The notes under the pieces: model-generated
What the model was told of the DNA's origin: nothing
What the model saw: only the letters and a program-made list of their open reading frames with translations
The model's database searches: none
Translations under genes and position numbers: made by a program
In this document: piece by piece, positions 20,602 to 21,247 of the stretch
Layout of the letters: each line of letters starts with the position of its first letter
Position numbering within the stretch: the stretch's first letter is position 1
From: a virus
Length of the DNA stretch: 21,247 nt
IMG/VR virus record: IMGVR_UViG_3300012148_000001
Reading direction: 5' to 3' (one strand)

Positions 20602-21096
20602 ATGAAGAGAATAATTTTACACTGGAGCGCGGGCACTTACAAGCCAAACGCGCACGAAAAAGCTTGCTATCACTACCTTATAGACGACAAGGGCAAATGC
20701 CACGCGGGCAAATACGCGCCTGAAGACAATCTGGACTGCCGCGACGGCTTATACGCAGCGCACACAGGAGGTCAAAACACAGGCTCTATCGGCGTTTGCA
20801 TGTGTGGCATGCACGGTTACCGCTCGCCCATCGAAGTTGGCGATTTTCCGTTGACCAAAATCCAAGCGGAGAGTACTTTTAAGATTTGCGCGCTTTTGTG
20901 CAGAAAGTACGAAATTCCTATAGACAAAGACCACGTGAAAACGCACAGGGAAGTGGGTTTAGAGCTGCCGCGAAGCTCAAGCGCAGGGAAAATAGACATA
21001 ACCTACCTGCCCTTTGAGCCAAACCTTTACCCTGACGAGATTAGCGAGTACATAAGAAATAAAGTGCGTTGGTATTACAAACGCTTAGGCTACTGA
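20602..21096 (+). CDS. N-acetylmuramoyl-L-alanine amidase (Amidase_2/PGRP, T7-lysozyme-like) endolysin
   Basis: It carries ILHWSAG, YHYLID, AAHTGGQNTGSIGV and VKTHREV motifs. Confidence 0.85.
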   Translation: MKRIILHWSAGTYKPNAHEKACYHYLIDDKGKCHAGKYAPEDNLDCRDGLYAAHTGGQNTGSIGVCMCGMHGYRSPIEVGDFPLTKIQAESTFKICALLCRKYEIPIDKDHVKTHREVGLELPRSSSAGKIDITYLPFEPNLYPDEISEYIRNKVRWYYKRLGY

Positions 21097-21119
21097 CCCT
21101 GAAAACTTTTAAGGAAACA

Positions 21120-21247
21120 ATGAAAGATTTTTTCTACAACCTGCAAGGCGGCATAAACACAAGCCGCACAAAGATTGCTCTCGGTTCAGACGTTAAAAAG
21201 CTGTACTGGGACGATGCTTCCAATGTCGAAATATTGAAAAACCAAGG
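21120..21247 (+). CDS. 5' end of the junction-spanning tail-like structural gene (continues as 2..1516; 506 aa in total)
   Basis: ATG at 21120 is preceded by AAGGAAACA. The frame maps onto base 2 of the window and onto the 110..1516 track ORF. Confidence 0.75.
   Translation, partial: MKDFFYNLQGGINTSRTKIALGSDVKKLYWDDASNVEILKNQ
21125..21247. repeat. Terminal overlap copy 2 (= 1-123)
   Basis: Identical to the window start. The reading frame of the junction gene is continuous across it. Confidence 0.95.

Noticed and set aside
1-21247. Alternative genetic code or stop-codon recoding as the explanation for the low coding density
   Set aside because: Well-supported genes end with TAA (capsid, hicA), TAG (terL, portal, terS, hicB) and TGA (rep, endolysin, tail). 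Reading through any of them runs into repeat modules rather than protein-like sequence.
1-21247. Diversity-generating retroelement or retron as the source of the variable-core repeats
   Set aside because: No reverse-transcriptase-like ORF exists anywhere in the circle. The variable cores are unrelated sequences rather than A-mutagenised copies of a template.
1-21247. tRNA or tmRNA genes
   Set aside because: I found no cloverleaf-compatible segment with a GTTCRANYC T-loop. The hairpin modules are too short or lack acceptor-stem pairing. This was a manual scan only.

Overview
The window is a complete, circularly closed (or terminally redundant) phage-like replicon. Bases 1-123 recur exactly at 21125-21247, giving a unit length of 21,124 bp, and one structural gene (ATG 21120) runs across the junction to 1516. 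Coding content falls into two sets. The first is a minimal virion, packaging and lysis set: small and large terminase, portal, HK97-like major capsid, scaffold-like, adaptor-like and tail-like proteins, and an Amidase_2 endolysin. The second is a plasmid-like maintenance and accessory set: a winged-helix Rep with iterons, HicAB, LuxR-type and MerR/excisionase-type HTH proteins, a GNAT acetyltransferase, and several small membrane proteins and micro-ORFs. I saw no integrase, DNA polymerase, reverse transcriptase, tRNA or CRISPR array. TAA, TAG and TGA all end good ORFs, so the standard code applies. The outstanding feature is non-coding. By my manual tally only about 59% of the unit is coding. 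Almost every long intergenic region is built from a combinatorial mosaic of short (9-76 nt) repeat modules, mostly hairpin-forming, reused in different orders and orientations. These show constant-flank/variable-core cassettes, filled-versus-empty insertion sites, and stems conserved while loops vary. Several ORFs take their stop codon from a repeat module, and the capsid gene is bracketed by inverted copies. Secondary candidates are two paralogous 22-24-aa hydrophobic peptide ORFs, each faced by a conserved convergent extended -10 promoter (type I toxin-antitoxin-like). There is also a tandemly duplicated, translationally coupled 26/27-aa basic micro-ORF, and an iteron origin with extra repeats inside rep. 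All functional calls come from reading the sequence and from motif memory; no searches were run.
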